A stretch of DNA of 64,000 nucleotides, from the NCBI GenBank assembly GCA_934096265.1, contig CAKOLI010000006.1, forward strand, positions 253-64,252, written 5' to 3'. A program made the position numbers and the translations under genes. This DNA is from an uncultured Bacilli bacterium. Its GTDB lineage: Bacteria > Bacillota_I > Bacilli_A > RF39 > UBA660. A model generated the notes under the pieces. The model was not told where the DNA came from and searched no databases. It saw nothing but the letters and a program-made list of their open reading frames with translations. Shown piece by piece: positions 10,334-21,619 of the stretch; positions within the stretch are counted from its first letter, which is position 1; each line of letters begins with the position of its first letter.

Positions 10334-11761
10334 TTATTTATTAAGTCTCTCTAACACTTTATCTCTACCAAACAAATAAATAACATTAGCAAGATCAGGT
10401 CCATGCATAATACCAGATATCTTAATCCTAATAGGCATATATAACATCTTCCCCTTAACCATTGCATCTTCCTTAGTCTTATTAATACATTCATTAATAC
10501 TATCTACACTAAAACTACTCATATTAAGTATATGCTCTCTAAATATACTAATTGTATTATCAACACCATCTTGCCTCATAAAATCAGCACATTCATCATT
10601 AAGAGTATAATCATCATCAAAAAACACCTTCGCAAGCTCTACTATTTCCTTACCATATTTAAGCTCACTTTGATATAAAGAAACTAAATCCATAAGCCAT
10701 TCTCTACTCTTATTAGACAAATCATACGCCTTCTCTAAATGAGGCAAAGTAAGACTCAAAAGTTCATCTACTGATAACTTCTTAATATAATGACTATTAA
10801 CCCATCCTAACTTTTTAACATCATATATAGAAGGACTCTTACTAATTCTAGTAGGATCAAAAGAAGAAATTAACTCATCCATAGAAAAAATCTCATTATT
10901 ATCCTTAGGACTCCATCCCAATAATACTAAATAATTAACTATCGCAGAAGGCAAATAACCATCATTATATAAATCCATAAACGAAGCATCACCATTCCTC
11001 TTAGATAACTTATTACCATCTTCTCCTAACACCATAGGAACATGAATATAAGTAGGAGCTTCCCATCCAAAAGCCTCATATAACAAATTATACTTAGGAG
11101 TTTGGCTCAAATATTCATTACCCCTAATAACATGAGTAATACCCATCAAATGATCATCTATTACATTAGCAAAATTATAAGTAGGAAAACCATCACTCTT
11201 TAACAAAATTTGATCCTCAAGTACACTATTATCAACCTTAATATCACCATACACAACATCATGAAAACAAGAAATACCCGTAGTAGGCATCTTTTGCCTA
11301 ATAACGTAAGGAACACCATTCTTAAGATTATTCAAAATCTCCTCTTCACTCAAATTAAGACAATTCCTATCATACTTAAAAGCTTGTTTCTTCTCTTCAT
11401 ACATACTTCTTAACTCTTCAAGTCTACTCTCACTACAAAAACAATAATAAGCTTTACCCATTTCCACTAACTTATGAGCATACTCAATATATATATCTTT
11501 TCTTTCACTTTGAATATAAGGCCCAACTTCCCCAGGATTCTCAGGACCTTCATCTATCTTAATATCACAAAGCCTAAGCGTATCATAAATAAACTTAGTA
11601 GCGCCCTCTACCTTTCTTTCTTGATCAGTATCCTCTATCCTTAAAATAAATTTACCTCCACTATGCTTAGCAACTAAATATTCAAATATTGCTGTACGTA
11701 AATTACCTATATGCATATACCCTGTAGGGCTTGGTGCATATCTAGTTCTAATTTCCTTCAT
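10334..11761 (-). CDS. gltX: Glutamate--tRNA ligase
   Basis: RYAPSPTGYMHIGNLRTA and KLSKR signatures. Confidence 0.95.
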   Translation of the reverse strand: MKEIRTRYAPSPTGYMHIGNLRTAIFEYLVAKHSGGKFILRIEDTDQERKVEGATKFIYDTLRLCDIKIDEGPENPGEVGPYIQSERKDIYIEYAHKLVEMGKAYYCFCSESRLEELRSMYEEKKQAFKYDRNCLNLSEEEILNNLKNGVPYVIRQKMPTTGISCFHDVVYGDIKVDNSVLEDQILLKSDGFPTYNFANVIDDHLMGITHVIRGNEYLSQTPKYNLLYEAFGWEAPTYIHVPMVLGEDGNKLSKRNGDASFMDLYNDGYLPSAIVNYLVLLGWSPKDNNEIFSMDELISSFDPTRISKSPSIYDVKKLGWVNSHYIKKLSVDELLSLTLPHLEKAYDLSNKSREWLMDLVSLYQSELKYGKEIVELAKVFFDDDYTLNDECADFMRQDGVDNTISIFREHILNMSSFSVDSINECINKTKEDAMVKGKMLYMPIRIKISGIMHGPDLANVIYLFGRDKVLERLNK

Positions 11762-11821
11762 AATTACCTCCTAAAAAATTAATTAACAACATTATACCAC
11801 GAAATAAATTTAAAAAAAATA

Positions 11822-11863
11822 GAAAACAAAGAAAAAACAGATATCTATCATTTAAATATCCGT
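11822..11863 (-). terminator. Putative intrinsic terminator after csp
   Basis: Minus strand ACGGATAT-N10-ATATCTGT (one G-U pair) followed by TTTTTTCTTTGTTTTC. Confidence 0.45.
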
Positions 11864-11881
11864 TTGTAATACCTCTTGAAA

Positions 11882-12097
11882 TTATCTACTCTTCGTTGTA
11901 ACGGGAACTTCAACATTAACTGCTTGCAATCCCTTGGGAGTTTCAATTAGATCAAAATTAACAAGTTGTCCTTCCGCAAGTGTTCTATAACCATCAAGTT
12001 TAATAGCAGAATAATGAACAAAAATATCTTCACCCTCTGTGTAATCAATAAAGCCATAACCTTTATCATTGTTAAACCACTTTACTCTACCACTCAT
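11882..12097 (-). CDS. csp: Cold-shock protein (CspA family)
   Basis: GRVKWFNNDKGYGFI and DIFVHYSAI RNP motifs. A roughly 200-nt upstream untranslated region is typical of csp genes. Confidence 0.95.
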   Translation of the reverse strand: MSGRVKWFNNDKGYGFIDYTEGEDIFVHYSAIKLDGYRTLAEGQLVNFDLIETPKGLQAVNVEVPVTTKSR

Positions 12098-12325
12098 CTT
12101 TACACCTCACATTCTAGTAATTCCTTACAATACAATTATAAAACATAATCGTAAGAATGAAGCTCCAAAACCGTCGACACATTTCGAGCTAATTCATCCA
12201 TCCATCTTTCGTGGACTATTCAAATATAACACAGTATATATAATATAAACCCATAGATAAACAAATGTATCAAAATACATAATATTCGTTGAATACAAAA
12301 AAAAGAAAAAATAGAGATAAGTCTA

Positions 12326-13213
12326 TTAATTTATCTTAATATTCATTACCTCTAAAATACGATTTAAATCCGCACTATTTTCAAAAAATATTTGCATTTT
12401 CTTACCATCTATTTTCACTTTAGTACCTAATATTTCTTTTAACTCATCTTCCACATATTGATAATCATTATTAGTACTTACCCTAGTAATAGGCACTTTC
12501 TTCTTAATATTATCCGTACTAGTTAAATTCTCCAAATCATGAACACTCATATTCTTAAGTACTATATCACTAGCTAGCCTCTTAATCTCCTCTTCATCAT
12601 CTAGCTTACTAAGAACCCTAGCATGCCCCATAGAAATCTTATCATCCAAAACCATATCTTGAACTTCCGAAGGAAGCCTCAAAAGACCAAGTGTATTAGT
12701 AATATGACTTCTACTCTTACCAAGCTTAAGTGCTAAATCTTCCTGCCTAATATGCAAACTATCAATAATACCTTTATAAGCCCAAGCAAGCTCTATCGCA
12801 GACAAATTCTCCCTTTGTAAATTTTCCAAAAGGGCTATTTCCCTCATCTCATCGTCACTAAAATCTTTAATAATCGCAGGAATAGTCTTCTTTCCCGCTA
12901 ATTTAGACGCTCTAAGCCTTCTTTCACCAGCTACTAAATAATAACCCTTAATAGTCTTCTTAACTATAATAGGTTGAAAAACACCATAATTACGAATAGA
13001 AGTAGCGAGTTCATCAAGAGCCTCTTGATCAAAATTCCTTCTTGGTTGATAAGGATTAACCTTAATATCATCCACATCAATCTGTACAATATCATCTTCA
13101 CGAGATGACTCAACTATATTACTCTCAAACGTATCAAAATCTATAGCTTCCCCATTAAATAATTGCTCTAACCCTCTACCAAGAGCCTTCTTTTTTTGTT
13201 CCATTTCTAACAA
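12326..13213 (-). CDS. spo0J: Chromosome partitioning protein ParB / Spo0J (parS-type specificity signature)
   Basis: GERRLRAS CTP-binding box. The HTH region LGKSRSHITNTLGLL...SMGHARVL resembles B. subtilis Spo0J LGKSRPHIANHLRLL...SAGHGRTL (recalled). It overlaps the end of soj. Confidence 0.9.
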   Translation of the reverse strand: MLEMEQKKKALGRGLEQLFNGEAIDFDTFESNIVESSREDDIVQIDVDDIKVNPYQPRRNFDQEALDELATSIRNYGVFQPIIVKKTIKGYYLVAGERRLRASKLAGKKTIPAIIKDFSDDEMREIALLENLQRENLSAIELAWAYKGIIDSLHIRQEDLALKLGKSRSHITNTLGLLRLPSEVQDMVLDDKISMGHARVLSKLDDEEEIKRLASDIVLKNMSVHDLENLTSTDNIKKKVPITRVSTNNDYQYVEDELKEILGTKVKIDGKKMQIFFENSADLNRILEVMNIKIN

Positions 13214-13991
13214 TAACCTCCTTTGCTAAATTAAGATATGCCAAAGTACCCTTACTAGTAGGGTCATATGCGGCAATAGGTTTACCATGACTAGGAGCCT
13301 CAGATAACCTAACCAACCTTGGAATAATCGTATTATAAACCCTCTCTTTAAAAAACTCCCTAATATTCTCTACAACCTCTAAACCTAAATTAGTTCTTGA
13401 ATAAAGCATAGTTAGTAAAACACCCTCAATCTCTAAATTAGGATTAATCTTCTTCTTCGCAAGCATTATCGTATTCATAAGTTGCATAATACCCTCTAAC
13501 GCAAAAAACTCACATTGAACAGGTATAATAACAGAATCAGAAGCCGCCAAAGCATTAGTAGTAAGTATTCCAAGTGAAGGAGGACAATCCAAAATCACAT
13601 AATCGTAATTATCCTTAACAAGCAAAATACCTTTCTTTAACTGACCATTCTTATCAAAAACTTGACCCTGATTAACAGCATTCCTCTCCTTATTCATGAG
13701 TTCAATATCTACCCCAGCCAAATTAATGTAAGCAGGTATCAAACTCAAATTCTTATATTTAGTTTTAATAATTGCCTTATCAATAGGAGACTTATCAGTA
13801 AGAACTTCATATATACTATCTCTTACCTCCCCCTTATTTATCCCCACCCCAGTAGTAGCATTACCTTGAGGATCCAAATCAACAAGCAAAACCTTCTTAT
13901 TTAATATCCCTAAAGAAGCAGCTAAATTAATACTAGTAGTAGTCTTACCTACGCCCCCTTTTTGATTTACCATTGCAATTACTTTTCCCAT
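13176..13991 (-). CDS. soj: ParA-family ATPase Soj
   Basis: MGKVIAMVNQKGGVGKTTT deviant Walker A. ATG at 13991 is preceded by GAAGGTG; the track start at 14060 is an extension. Confidence 0.92.
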   Translation of the reverse strand: MGKVIAMVNQKGGVGKTTTSINLAASLGILNKKVLLVDLDPQGNATTGVGINKGEVRDSIYEVLTDKSPIDKAIIKTKYKNLSLIPAYINLAGVDIELMNKERNAVNQGQVFDKNGQLKKGILLVKDNYDYVILDCPPSLGILTTNALAASDSVIIPVQCEFFALEGIMQLMNTIMLAKKKINPNLEIEGVLLTMLYSRTNLGLEVVENIREFFKERVYNTIIPRLVRLSEAPSHGKPIAAYDPTSKGTLAYLNLAKEVIVRNGTKKEGSW

Positions 13992-14109
13992 CGTTACACC
14001 TTCAATTCTTGTATATCTATTGTAACAAATTTTTATAAAAAAGAAAACACCTTTTATCAAAATATAAAATTATTTTAAATACATGCTATAATATTAATAA
14101 GGTGATAAC

Positions 14110-14835
14110 ATGAATTTAACTAAAAATAATTGGACAAAAGAAGAATATCAAAAGTTTATTAACTACCTAAAAGCATTAGAAAATATAAAATATAAAAATT
14201 TTCATAAAAAACTCCTAAACCAAGATATAAATATAATTGGTATAAGAACCCCCAAACTAAAAGAAATAGCAAAAAACATTTATAAAGGAAACTATCAATC
14301 TTTCTTATCACAAGTAACATTTCAATACTATGAAGAAAAAATAATATACGCCCTTGTCATATCAAATATTAAGAAACTAGATAATAACCTAATAAAATAT
14401 ATAGATACATACAAAAATAATATAACTAATTGGGCGGAATGTGACTTATTTTGCAGTAACTTCAAAATAGTTAAAAAAAATAAAGAATATTTTTATAAAT
14501 ATATAACTAAAAACATAACCAGTAACAAAGAATATATTAAAAGAATGTGCTTTGTATTACTCCTAAATTACTATATAGAAAATATCTATCTAAACGATAT
14601 ATTTACCTATACTAATACCTATTGTAACTCTACATACTACATTAATATGAGTATAGCATGGTTACTTAGCATCTGCTATATCAAATACAAAGACAAAACA
14701 ACAACCTATTTACTAAAAAATAACCTAGATAATTTTACCTATAACAAAACAATATCTAAAATATGTGACTCAAAAAGAATAAATAAAGAAGATAAAACAT
14801 ATCTAAAAACATTAAAAAAGGCTTCTAACCACTAA
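14110..14835 (+). CDS. DNA alkylation repair protein (AlkD-like HEAT-repeat family)
   Basis: 241 aa all-helical protein. NWTKEEY..., IIGIRTPKLKEIAK and NWAECD segments are typical of this family as recalled. Plus strand in a minus-strand context. Confidence 0.6.
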   Translation: MNLTKNNWTKEEYQKFINYLKALENIKYKNFHKKLLNQDINIIGIRTPKLKEIAKNIYKGNYQSFLSQVTFQYYEEKIIYALVISNIKKLDNNLIKYIDTYKNNITNWAECDLFCSNFKIVKKNKEYFYKYITKNITSNKEYIKRMCFVLLLNYYIENIYLNDIFTYTNTYCNSTYYINMSIAWLLSICYIKYKDKTTTYLLKNNLDNFTYNKTISKICDSKRINKEDKTYLKTLKKASNH

Positions 14836-14852
14836 AAGCCTTTTTAATTTAA

Positions 14853-17800
14853 CTATTTAACATATTTTTTAATTAATACTAATACACCAAGAAGTAACAC
14901 ACTAAAATATGTATTATTATAATTACTTACACCTGTATGTGGAGGATTATCATTACCCATACCATCTTTTTCATAAACATAAGTAACAACTATCTCATCA
15001 CTTGTATAACTGCCATCTTTATTTGAAGGTTCACTATATAAATGATAATCCTTAATTTCTAATGCATAAGTATTATATAACTTACCAACTAAATCAGTCA
15101 TTTCTATAGAGTTAGCTAATTCTACACCATCTCTATCTACATACTTAACAATAACCTTACCCATAAGTACAGAAGTATCAACTTCATCTTCACAATAAGA
15201 AGTAACATCACTATCAAGAACTACCTTACTAGTAACCTTATTAGTAATAATATCACTATCAATATCTATATAAGAAATACTAATTTCTCTATCAAAATTA
15301 ATTACTTGATTATCTTCGTTTATATCAAACACTTCTATATAAGTAATAGTATTATTCTTACTATCATAAATTCCATCTAAAATATTAGATTTATTTAAAT
15401 CTATAGCATATGGTAACTCATCTACAATAGTCAAAGTAACCTTACCTACATAATCTTTAATTACAGATGCATACCTTATATTATAATCAACAGAATTATT
15501 AACATTATCCAAATCATTATCTCCATCCTTAGATAAAGCCTCTTCAGTAACATAACCATTTTCCTTAACATATAAAACATCAATATAGTTATCATTTACA
15601 TTAATAACTAAATCTTCCTCATTTTGAATATCTCCATCTTTATAACCCGTAGGTCTCATTGCATTCTTATCAATAGTATCTAACTTAATAACATCTCCAT
15701 ATGTAACATTACTAACTGAAGAACTACCTATCATATTATTTAAATCATCTTGATAATATCTTACTGTATATGATAAATCACTTCTAAGATTATAATAGAA
15801 AATCATCTCATTATCATTATTTGATTTAATTTCTAATAAAGAAGGATCTACCTTATTAAATACATAACCATCTGTTTCATGCTTTTCATAATCACTAGAT
15901 TTTAAAGTTGTACCATATTTAGCTTCACCAACTATAGTATAATCTTTATTCTCATTATAATTACCATTTAAATCTTGATAAAAATGTCTAATTACAAACT
16001 TATAATTATTTCTAACATAATATACTCTAATAACATTATCTTCTTCTACTGAACTAACTATTAACTCACTAGGATTTACCTTTTCAAACCTAAATCCATC
16101 CTCTAAATGTGGAATATAATTAGTAATCTTTTCATTATACTCAGCACTACCTAAATACATATACTCAGTATTTTCATAATACTTAGATTCTTCACTATCA
16201 TAACTTACATTTTCATAAAAATACCTTACTGTATAACTAAAAGTATCTTTAGTATATAAAACATCAATGTAGTTACCATTTACCTTAATAACTAAATCTT
16301 CCTCATTTTGAATATCTCCATCTTTATAACCCGTAGGTCTCATTGCATTCTTATCAATAGTATCTAACTTAATAACATCTCCATATGTAACATTACTAAC
16401 TGAAGAACTACCTATCATATTATTTAAATCATCTTGATAATATCTTACTGTATATGATAAATCACTTCTTTTAACATATAGCACATTAACAATATTAGAA
16501 GAATTATCAGTACTAACAATCAAACTAGTAGGATTATCAGGAGCTAAAGTATAACCATCTAATATATATTTGTCTAACTCAACATCAATAACTTTATCCT
16601 TAACAGAATCTCCAGTAACTTTATTTATATAATGAAGACTATCAGAAGGATCAGTAATAACATCCTTATAATATCTAATTTCATAAGTATACTTATTAGC
16701 CTCCCAATAAACTTGTGGATTTTTAGAAGGAGTTATATCCTTACTATTTGAATCTGCATCTACATAAGATAACTTATATGTAGAATTAGTATCATATAAC
16801 CCAGTAGGAACATCAGGATTAATATCTATATTGAAATTAAAACTAATACCATCCTCAGTTATATCACCAATTTCATATGTATATGTATTACCATCTACAT
16901 GATTATCAGAAGAATCAGTAAATACAAAATTACCACCTAAAGTATCTACTAAAGTAGCTTCAGTTCCCGCTAATTTAGGAACCATACTATCAAATACACT
17001 ATTTAACGCAGAAGCAATACTAGAAGTATCTGCATTATAATAAAATCCTTTTGTTTTATCATATGTACCTTCTTCATCACCAGTAGGATCACTAGCAACA
17101 ACTGTTGTATTAGAAGATACATACCTAAGTACAGAAGCAGCATTCGAAGTATCACTAATACCATACCCAATAGCGTATATACTAGATCCAGCATTCTTTG
17201 CCTTAGTTGCTTCCTTCTTAGCATTTTTTAATGCCATAGGATAAGAACAAACATTATTCCAATTACAAACTCTTCCATCTGTTCCGTAATAATATGTAGG
17301 TTCTCCATCACTTATAACTAATATAAATTTTTGAGCATCAAGCTCATCATCAACAGTATCTAATTTTCTTGCAGCTTCCTTAATACCACCAGCTAAATCA
17401 GTACCACCATAAGGATGACCAAATGATGCTTCATCAAACACCTTACCATCCTTAGTAAGATTAGATTTACTCTTAAATTCAGTCGCCGTAGTAGCACTAC
17501 CAGAAAAAGTAACCAAACTTACAAAAGCAACATCTCTAGTACTATTTGTATCCTTTGCAATTAATGCATCCGCAAAGTCACTAGCGCCTTTTATAGCATT
17601 TTCCCATTTATTACTTGTTAAAGCACTTCTTTTTTCATAACCATAACCATCCACACAAGCAATCTTAGTACCATCTGAAGCAGTATAATGTGCATCGCGT
17701 GTAACTATAGTAGAGTATCCACCTTTAGCGGAATCACAAATCATACTACCAGAAGTATCAAATACAATTACAACATAAATAGGTTTAATCTTTACATCAG

Positions 17801-18119
17801 GCTTATCAATATTCTTACCTACAACATCAAACTTAACATTATATCTTCCTAATATAACATTACCATCTTCATCATGTACTTTACTAACAGTCTTAGAAAC
17901 ACTAACGCCTCCTAAAACATCACTATTACCATCAGTAATTGTAGCAGAATCCCCATAAGAACCAGTAACAGGATTATAAACATCTCCTTTCTTAATATTA
18001 GAAGGAATAACTGAATCAGCTAAAACCGCAAGTGGAGATACAGTTTCAGTAATAACAATTATCAAAGCAAACAACAACTTGACAAACTTGTCAGCAAATT
18101 TCTTACAAACTTTTCTCAT
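14853..18119 (-). CDS. Sortase-anchored surface adhesin: signal peptide, VWA domain, about six MucBP-like repeats, (P)PxTG-type sorting signal
   Basis: N-terminal hydrophobic signal. VVIVFDTSGSM MIDAS motif. Repeated 70-80 aa modules start ...Y-x-V/I-R-Y/H-Y/F... The C-terminus is NDNPPHTG followed by a hydrophobic helix and KKYVK. Confidence 0.8.
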   Translation of the reverse strand: MRKVCKKFADKFVKLLFALIIVITETVSPLAVLADSVIPSNIKKGDVYNPVTGSYGDSATITDGNSDVLGGVSVSKTVSKVHDEDGNVILGRYNVKFDVVGKNIDKPDVKIKPIYVVIVFDTSGSMICDSAKGGYSTIVTRDAHYTASDGTKIACVDGYGYEKRSALTSNKWENAIKGASDFADALIAKDTNSTRDVAFVSLVTFSGSATTATEFKSKSNLTKDGKVFDEASFGHPYGGTDLAGGIKEAARKLDTVDDELDAQKFILVISDGEPTYYYGTDGRVCNWNNVCSYPMALKNAKKEATKAKNAGSSIYAIGYGISDTSNAASVLRYVSSNTTVVASDPTGDEEGTYDKTKGFYYNADTSSIASALNSVFDSMVPKLAGTEATLVDTLGGNFVFTDSSDNHVDGNTYTYEIGDITEDGISFNFNIDINPDVPTGLYDTNSTYKLSYVDADSNSKDITPSKNPQVYWEANKYTYEIRYYKDVITDPSDSLHYINKVTGDSVKDKVIDVELDKYILDGYTLAPDNPTSLIVSTDNSSNIVNVLYVKRSDLSYTVRYYQDDLNNMIGSSSVSNVTYGDVIKLDTIDKNAMRPTGYKDGDIQNEEDLVIKVNGNYIDVLYTKDTFSYTVRYFYENVSYDSEESKYYENTEYMYLGSAEYNEKITNYIPHLEDGFRFEKVNPSELIVSSVEEDNVIRVYYVRNNYKFVIRHFYQDLNGNYNENKDYTIVGEAKYGTTLKSSDYEKHETDGYVFNKVDPSLLEIKSNNDNEMIFYYNLRSDLSYTVRYYQDDLNNMIGSSSVSNVTYGDVIKLDTIDKNAMRPTGYKDGDIQNEEDLVINVNDNYIDVLYVKENGYVTEEALSKDGDNDLDNVNNSVDYNIRYASVIKDYVGKVTLTIVDELPYAIDLNKSNILDGIYDSKNNTITYIEVFDINEDNQVINFDREISISYIDIDSDIITNKVTSKVVLDSDVTSYCEDEVDTSVLMGKVIVKYVDRDGVELANSIEMTDLVGKLYNTYALEIKDYHLYSEPSNKDGSYTSDEIVVTYVYEKDGMGNDNPPHTGVSNYNNTYFSVLLLGVLVLIKKYVK
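15601..15785. repeat. 185-bp perfect direct repeat, copy 1 (inside the adhesin gene)
   Basis: Identical by eye to 16285-16469, offset 684 bp (228 codons). Encodes RSDLSYTVRYYQDDLNNMIGSSSVSNVTYGDVIKLDTIDKNAMRPTGYKDGDIQNEEDLVI. Confidence 0.85.
16285..16469. repeat. 185-bp perfect direct repeat, copy 2 (inside the adhesin gene)
   Basis: See copy 1. The flanks (15577-15600 versus 16261-16284) continue with a few mismatches. Confidence 0.85.
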
Positions 18120-18397
18120 ATAAAAGCCTCCCTTTCAAATATAACTAATTAAAACTCAAAAGAACCATAATCCCCACTGAATAAAAAGCTCAAATAAGAT
18201 TTAATTGTCCTAATATTATAAAGATTTTTTTAATATTGTCAACCAAAATTACAAATTTTTAAGCAATTTATTTACACCTAAATATAGTTTACTACTATTT
18301 TTTGCCAAATATATGTATAAAAGTACCATAAAATACCACATAAAGTGACATTATAAATAAAATCATGATATAATACTTAATACAAAGGAGAGATATT

Positions 18398-19708
18398 ATG
18401 GACATACTAAAAAACATTCAAATAGATGATGACTACATCGTAGTAGGAGTATCCACAGGCAGTGATTCTATGGCACTTTTTCACTACCTAATTAACAATA
18501 CCAAAAAAAAGATAGTATGTGCCCATGTAAACCATAACGTAAGAAAAGAAAGTATTAAAGAAGAAGAATACCTAAAAGAATACTGTAAAAAAAATAATAT
18601 TATATTTGAAACAATTAAATTAACTAACTACAAAGAAAATAACTTTGAAAATGAAGCAAGAAAAAAAAGATACGCCTTTTATGAAAAAATATTAAAAAAA
18701 TATAATACTAAATATCTATTTCTTGCTCACCACGGTGATGATTTAATAGAAACTATTCTAATGAAAATAGTAAGAGGTTCTAACCTTGAAGGATACGCAG
18801 GATTAAAAGAAATAAGTAAAAGAAAAGATTACTACATCATAAGACCATTACTTAATTACACCAAAGAAGATATATTAAATTACTGCACCAAACACAAAAT
18901 CACATATTTTAACGATAATACTAACACAAACACAAAATATACTAGAAACAGATATCGCACAAAATTCTTACCTCTTTTAAAAGAAGAGGACAAAGATATT
19001 CACAAAAAATTCATTAATTATTCAAAAACACTACTAGAATATCTTTATTATATTGAAAAAGTATCTGAAGAATATATAAATAAAATATATATAAACAACA
19101 CAATAGATATTAAAGAATTTAAAAAAATAGATCCATTCATAAGAAAAAATATTCTATATCAAATTCTAAACACAATATATGAAAATACACCAGATATTGT
19201 AAAAAAACGTCATATTGACAGTATAATAAATATAATTACAAGCAACAAACCAAACCTAGAAATAAACTTACCTAATAAAGTAATAGTAATAAAATCATAT
19301 AACAAGTTATTATTTACTACTAAAAAAGAAAAACAAGATTATATAATACCATTAAAAAATTATAACGAAATAAACAATCATATTATTAAAATAATAGATA
19401 AAACAAACGAATCTGGCAATGATATAATTAGACTAAACAAAAAAGATATTATGATGCCACTATATATAAGAAACAAAAAGAATGGTGATTATATTATTCT
19501 AAAAGGTTTAAATAAAAAGAAAAAAATTAGTGATATCTTTATAGAAAATAAAATTCCTAAAAACTTAAGAGACACTTACCCTATTCTTGTCGATAGTAAC
19601 AATCAAATTATTTGGATACCAAATTTAAAAAAATCTAAATTTGATATTGTAAAAGGTCAAATGTGTGATATAATAATCAAGTACTGTGAAAAGGAGGAAA
19701 CAAAGTGA
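18398..19708 (+). CDS. tilS: tRNA(Ile)-lysidine synthase
   Basis: PP-loop VGVSTGSDSMAL. 436 aa with a TilS C-terminal domain. Overlaps the ftsH start by 4 nt. Confidence 0.9.
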   Translation: MDILKNIQIDDDYIVVGVSTGSDSMALFHYLINNTKKKIVCAHVNHNVRKESIKEEEYLKEYCKKNNIIFETIKLTNYKENNFENEARKKRYAFYEKILKKYNTKYLFLAHHGDDLIETILMKIVRGSNLEGYAGLKEISKRKDYYIIRPLLNYTKEDILNYCTKHKITYFNDNTNTNTKYTRNRYRTKFLPLLKEEDKDIHKKFINYSKTLLEYLYYIEKVSEEYINKIYINNTIDIKEFKKIDPFIRKNILYQILNTIYENTPDIVKKRHIDSIINIITSNKPNLEINLPNKVIVIKSYNKLLFTTKKEKQDYIIPLKNYNEINNHIIKIIDKTNESGNDIIRLNKKDIMMPLYIRNKKNGDYIILKGLNKKKKISDIFIENKIPKNLRDTYPILVDSNNQIIWIPNLKKSKFDIVKGQMCDIIIKYCEKEETK

Positions 19709-21612
19709 AAAATAACACGGTAAGAAAAGGATTATTACCATATATCTTTATGTTCTTTTTTATAATTAGCTGTTTATTCATTGTAAATAACATGAACACA
19801 AAAGTAAATAAATTTAATTATGATGATTTTAACGAAAACCTAAAAAACGGAAAAATAACCGAAATGACAATTACACCCAAAACCAGAACAGAAGTATATG
19901 AAATAGTTGGTAAATTAGAAGGATATAATGACAAAGAAAGTTTTACATTAAATTTACCTATGTCAGATGAAATAATTTCTAAAATATTAGAAAACAAAGA
20001 AACTAATAGTTTCAAATTAAAAGTAAATACTGACCCTGAAGCATCTTCATGGCTGGCTCTTGCTATTAACGTATTACCATTACTATTATTAGTAGGAGCA
20101 ACATTCTACTTATTCTCAAAACAATTAGGTTCTGGTAGTAAATCCATGGACTTTGGCAGAAGTAAAGCTAAATTGATGGATAAAAACGTCAAGACTACCT
20201 TCAATGATGTAGCAGGATTAGATGAAGAAAAAGAAGAAGTAAGTGAATTAATTGATTTCTTAAAAAATCCTAAAAAATTTCAAAGTATGGGTGCCAGAAT
20301 ACCTAAAGGTGTATTATTAGTAGGACCTCCAGGTACTGGTAAAACACTCCTTGCAAGAGCAGTTGCTGGAGAAGCTAAAGTACCATTCTACTACATAAGT
20401 GGCTCTGACTTTGTAGAATTATTCGTAGGTGTAGGTGCATCTCGTGTTAGAGATATGTTTAAACAAGCAAAATTAAACGCTCCTTGCCTAATATTCATTG
20501 ATGAAATAGATGCCGTAGGTAGACAAAGAGGTACTGGACTAGGTGGAGGACATGACGAAAGAGAACAAACACTAAACCAATTACTAACTGAAATGGATGG
20601 CTTCGGTGCTAACGAAGGAATAATCATAATCGCAGCTACTAACCGTCCAGATGTCCTAGATCCAGCTCTATTAAGACCAGGAAGATTTGACAGACAAGTA
20701 ACTGTCTCACTACCTGATAAAAAAGGCCGTGAAGCAATATTAAAAGTACATGCTAAAAACAAAACATTTGCCAAGGGTGTAACACTATCATACCTAGCAC
20801 AAAGAACGCCAGGTTTTAGCGGTGCTGACTTAGAAAACCTACTTAACGAAGCAGCTCTACTAGCCGTAAGACGTAACAAAAAAAATATCTCTATGGCGGA
20901 AATTGATGAAGCTACCGACAGAGTATTAATGGGACCTGCCAAAGTAAGTAAAAAATACACTGAAAAAGAAAAGAAACTAGTGGCATATCACGAAGCAGGA
21001 CATGTTGTAATGGGATTAAAACTAGATGGCGCTAACGATGTACAAAAAGTAACAATAATTCCACGTGGTGTTGCAGGTGGATACACCATGATGTTACCAA
21101 AAGAAGAAACATTCAACTATACAAAGAAAGAACTATTAGAATCAATTTCAGGTCTATTAGGTGGTCGTGTTGCAGAAGAAGTTGTCTTCAATGAAGTAAC
21201 TACTGGAGCCCATGATGACTTTAAAAAAGCTACAAAAATAGCAAGAAGCATGGTAACAGAATACGGTATGAGTTCACTAGGACCAATGAGACTAGAAGAA
21301 AGCGAAGGAAACACATTCTTAGGTAGAGACTACACCAAAAACAGAAATATTTCAGATACCGTAGCCCATGAAATAGACGAAGAAATGCGTAAAATTATTA
21401 ACGAATGTTACGAAAAAGCAAAGAAAATAATTAAAGAAAATAGACACACATTAGATTTAATCGCGAACGCATTAATTGAAAACGAAACAATTACAAAAGA
21501 ACAAATAGAAAATCTAGTTACATATGGGAAACTTGAAATAGATGATACTACTGAAGAACATAACCAAGAAGCTAAAACAGAAAACATTAAAGATAATAAA
21601 AAAAATAAGTAA
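19705..21612 (+). CDS. ftsH: ATP-dependent zinc metalloprotease FtsH
   Basis: GPPGTGKT Walker A, second region of homology, HEAGH zinc site. GTG start is preceded by AAGGAGG. Confidence 0.97.
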   Translation: MKNNTVRKGLLPYIFMFFFIISCLFIVNNMNTKVNKFNYDDFNENLKNGKITEMTITPKTRTEVYEIVGKLEGYNDKESFTLNLPMSDEIISKILENKETNSFKLKVNTDPEASSWLALAINVLPLLLLVGATFYLFSKQLGSGSKSMDFGRSKAKLMDKNVKTTFNDVAGLDEEKEEVSELIDFLKNPKKFQSMGARIPKGVLLVGPPGTGKTLLARAVAGEAKVPFYYISGSDFVELFVGVGASRVRDMFKQAKLNAPCLIFIDEIDAVGRQRGTGLGGGHDEREQTLNQLLTEMDGFGANEGIIIIAATNRPDVLDPALLRPGRFDRQVTVSLPDKKGREAILKVHAKNKTFAKGVTLSYLAQRTPGFSGADLENLLNEAALLAVRRNKKNISMAEIDEATDRVLMGPAKVSKKYTEKEKKLVAYHEAGHVVMGLKLDGANDVQKVTIIPRGVAGGYTMMLPKEETFNYTKKELLESISGLLGGRVAEEVVFNEVTTGAHDDFKKATKIARSMVTEYGMSSLGPMRLEESEGNTFLGRDYTKNRNISDTVAHEIDEEMRKIINECYEKAKKIIKENRHTLDLIANALIENETITKEQIENLVTYGKLEIDDTTEEHNQEAKTENIKDNKKNK

Positions 21613-21619
21613 ATACATT

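Noticed and set aside
11966-12148. 60-aa plus-strand ORF over csp
   Set aside because: It is antisense to a highly conserved cold-shock gene.
20391-20960. 189-aa minus-strand ORF inside ftsH, and similar antisense ORFs (2237-2614, 3755-4042, 4181-4396, 5220-5453, 6163-6345, 11210-11413, 13662-13904, 17003-17224, 19818-20015, 21117-21314, 26674-26964, 32133-32420, 35709-35999, 38428-38821, 44593-44796, 46379-46582, 50180-50443, 53093-53326, 53465-53662, 60182-60418, 60941-61690, 62025-62393)
   Set aside because: All lie antisense to, or out of frame within, confidently identified genes. They have low-complexity or Ser/Leu/Ile-rich translations and no RBS. They are shadow ORFs.
21055-21075. 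Additional parS site inside ftsH (AATTCCACGTGGTGTT)
   Set aside because: Only the 10-bp core TTCCACGTGG matches and the outer arms do not. It encodes the conserved IPRGV segment of FtsH, so it is most simply explained by coding constraint.
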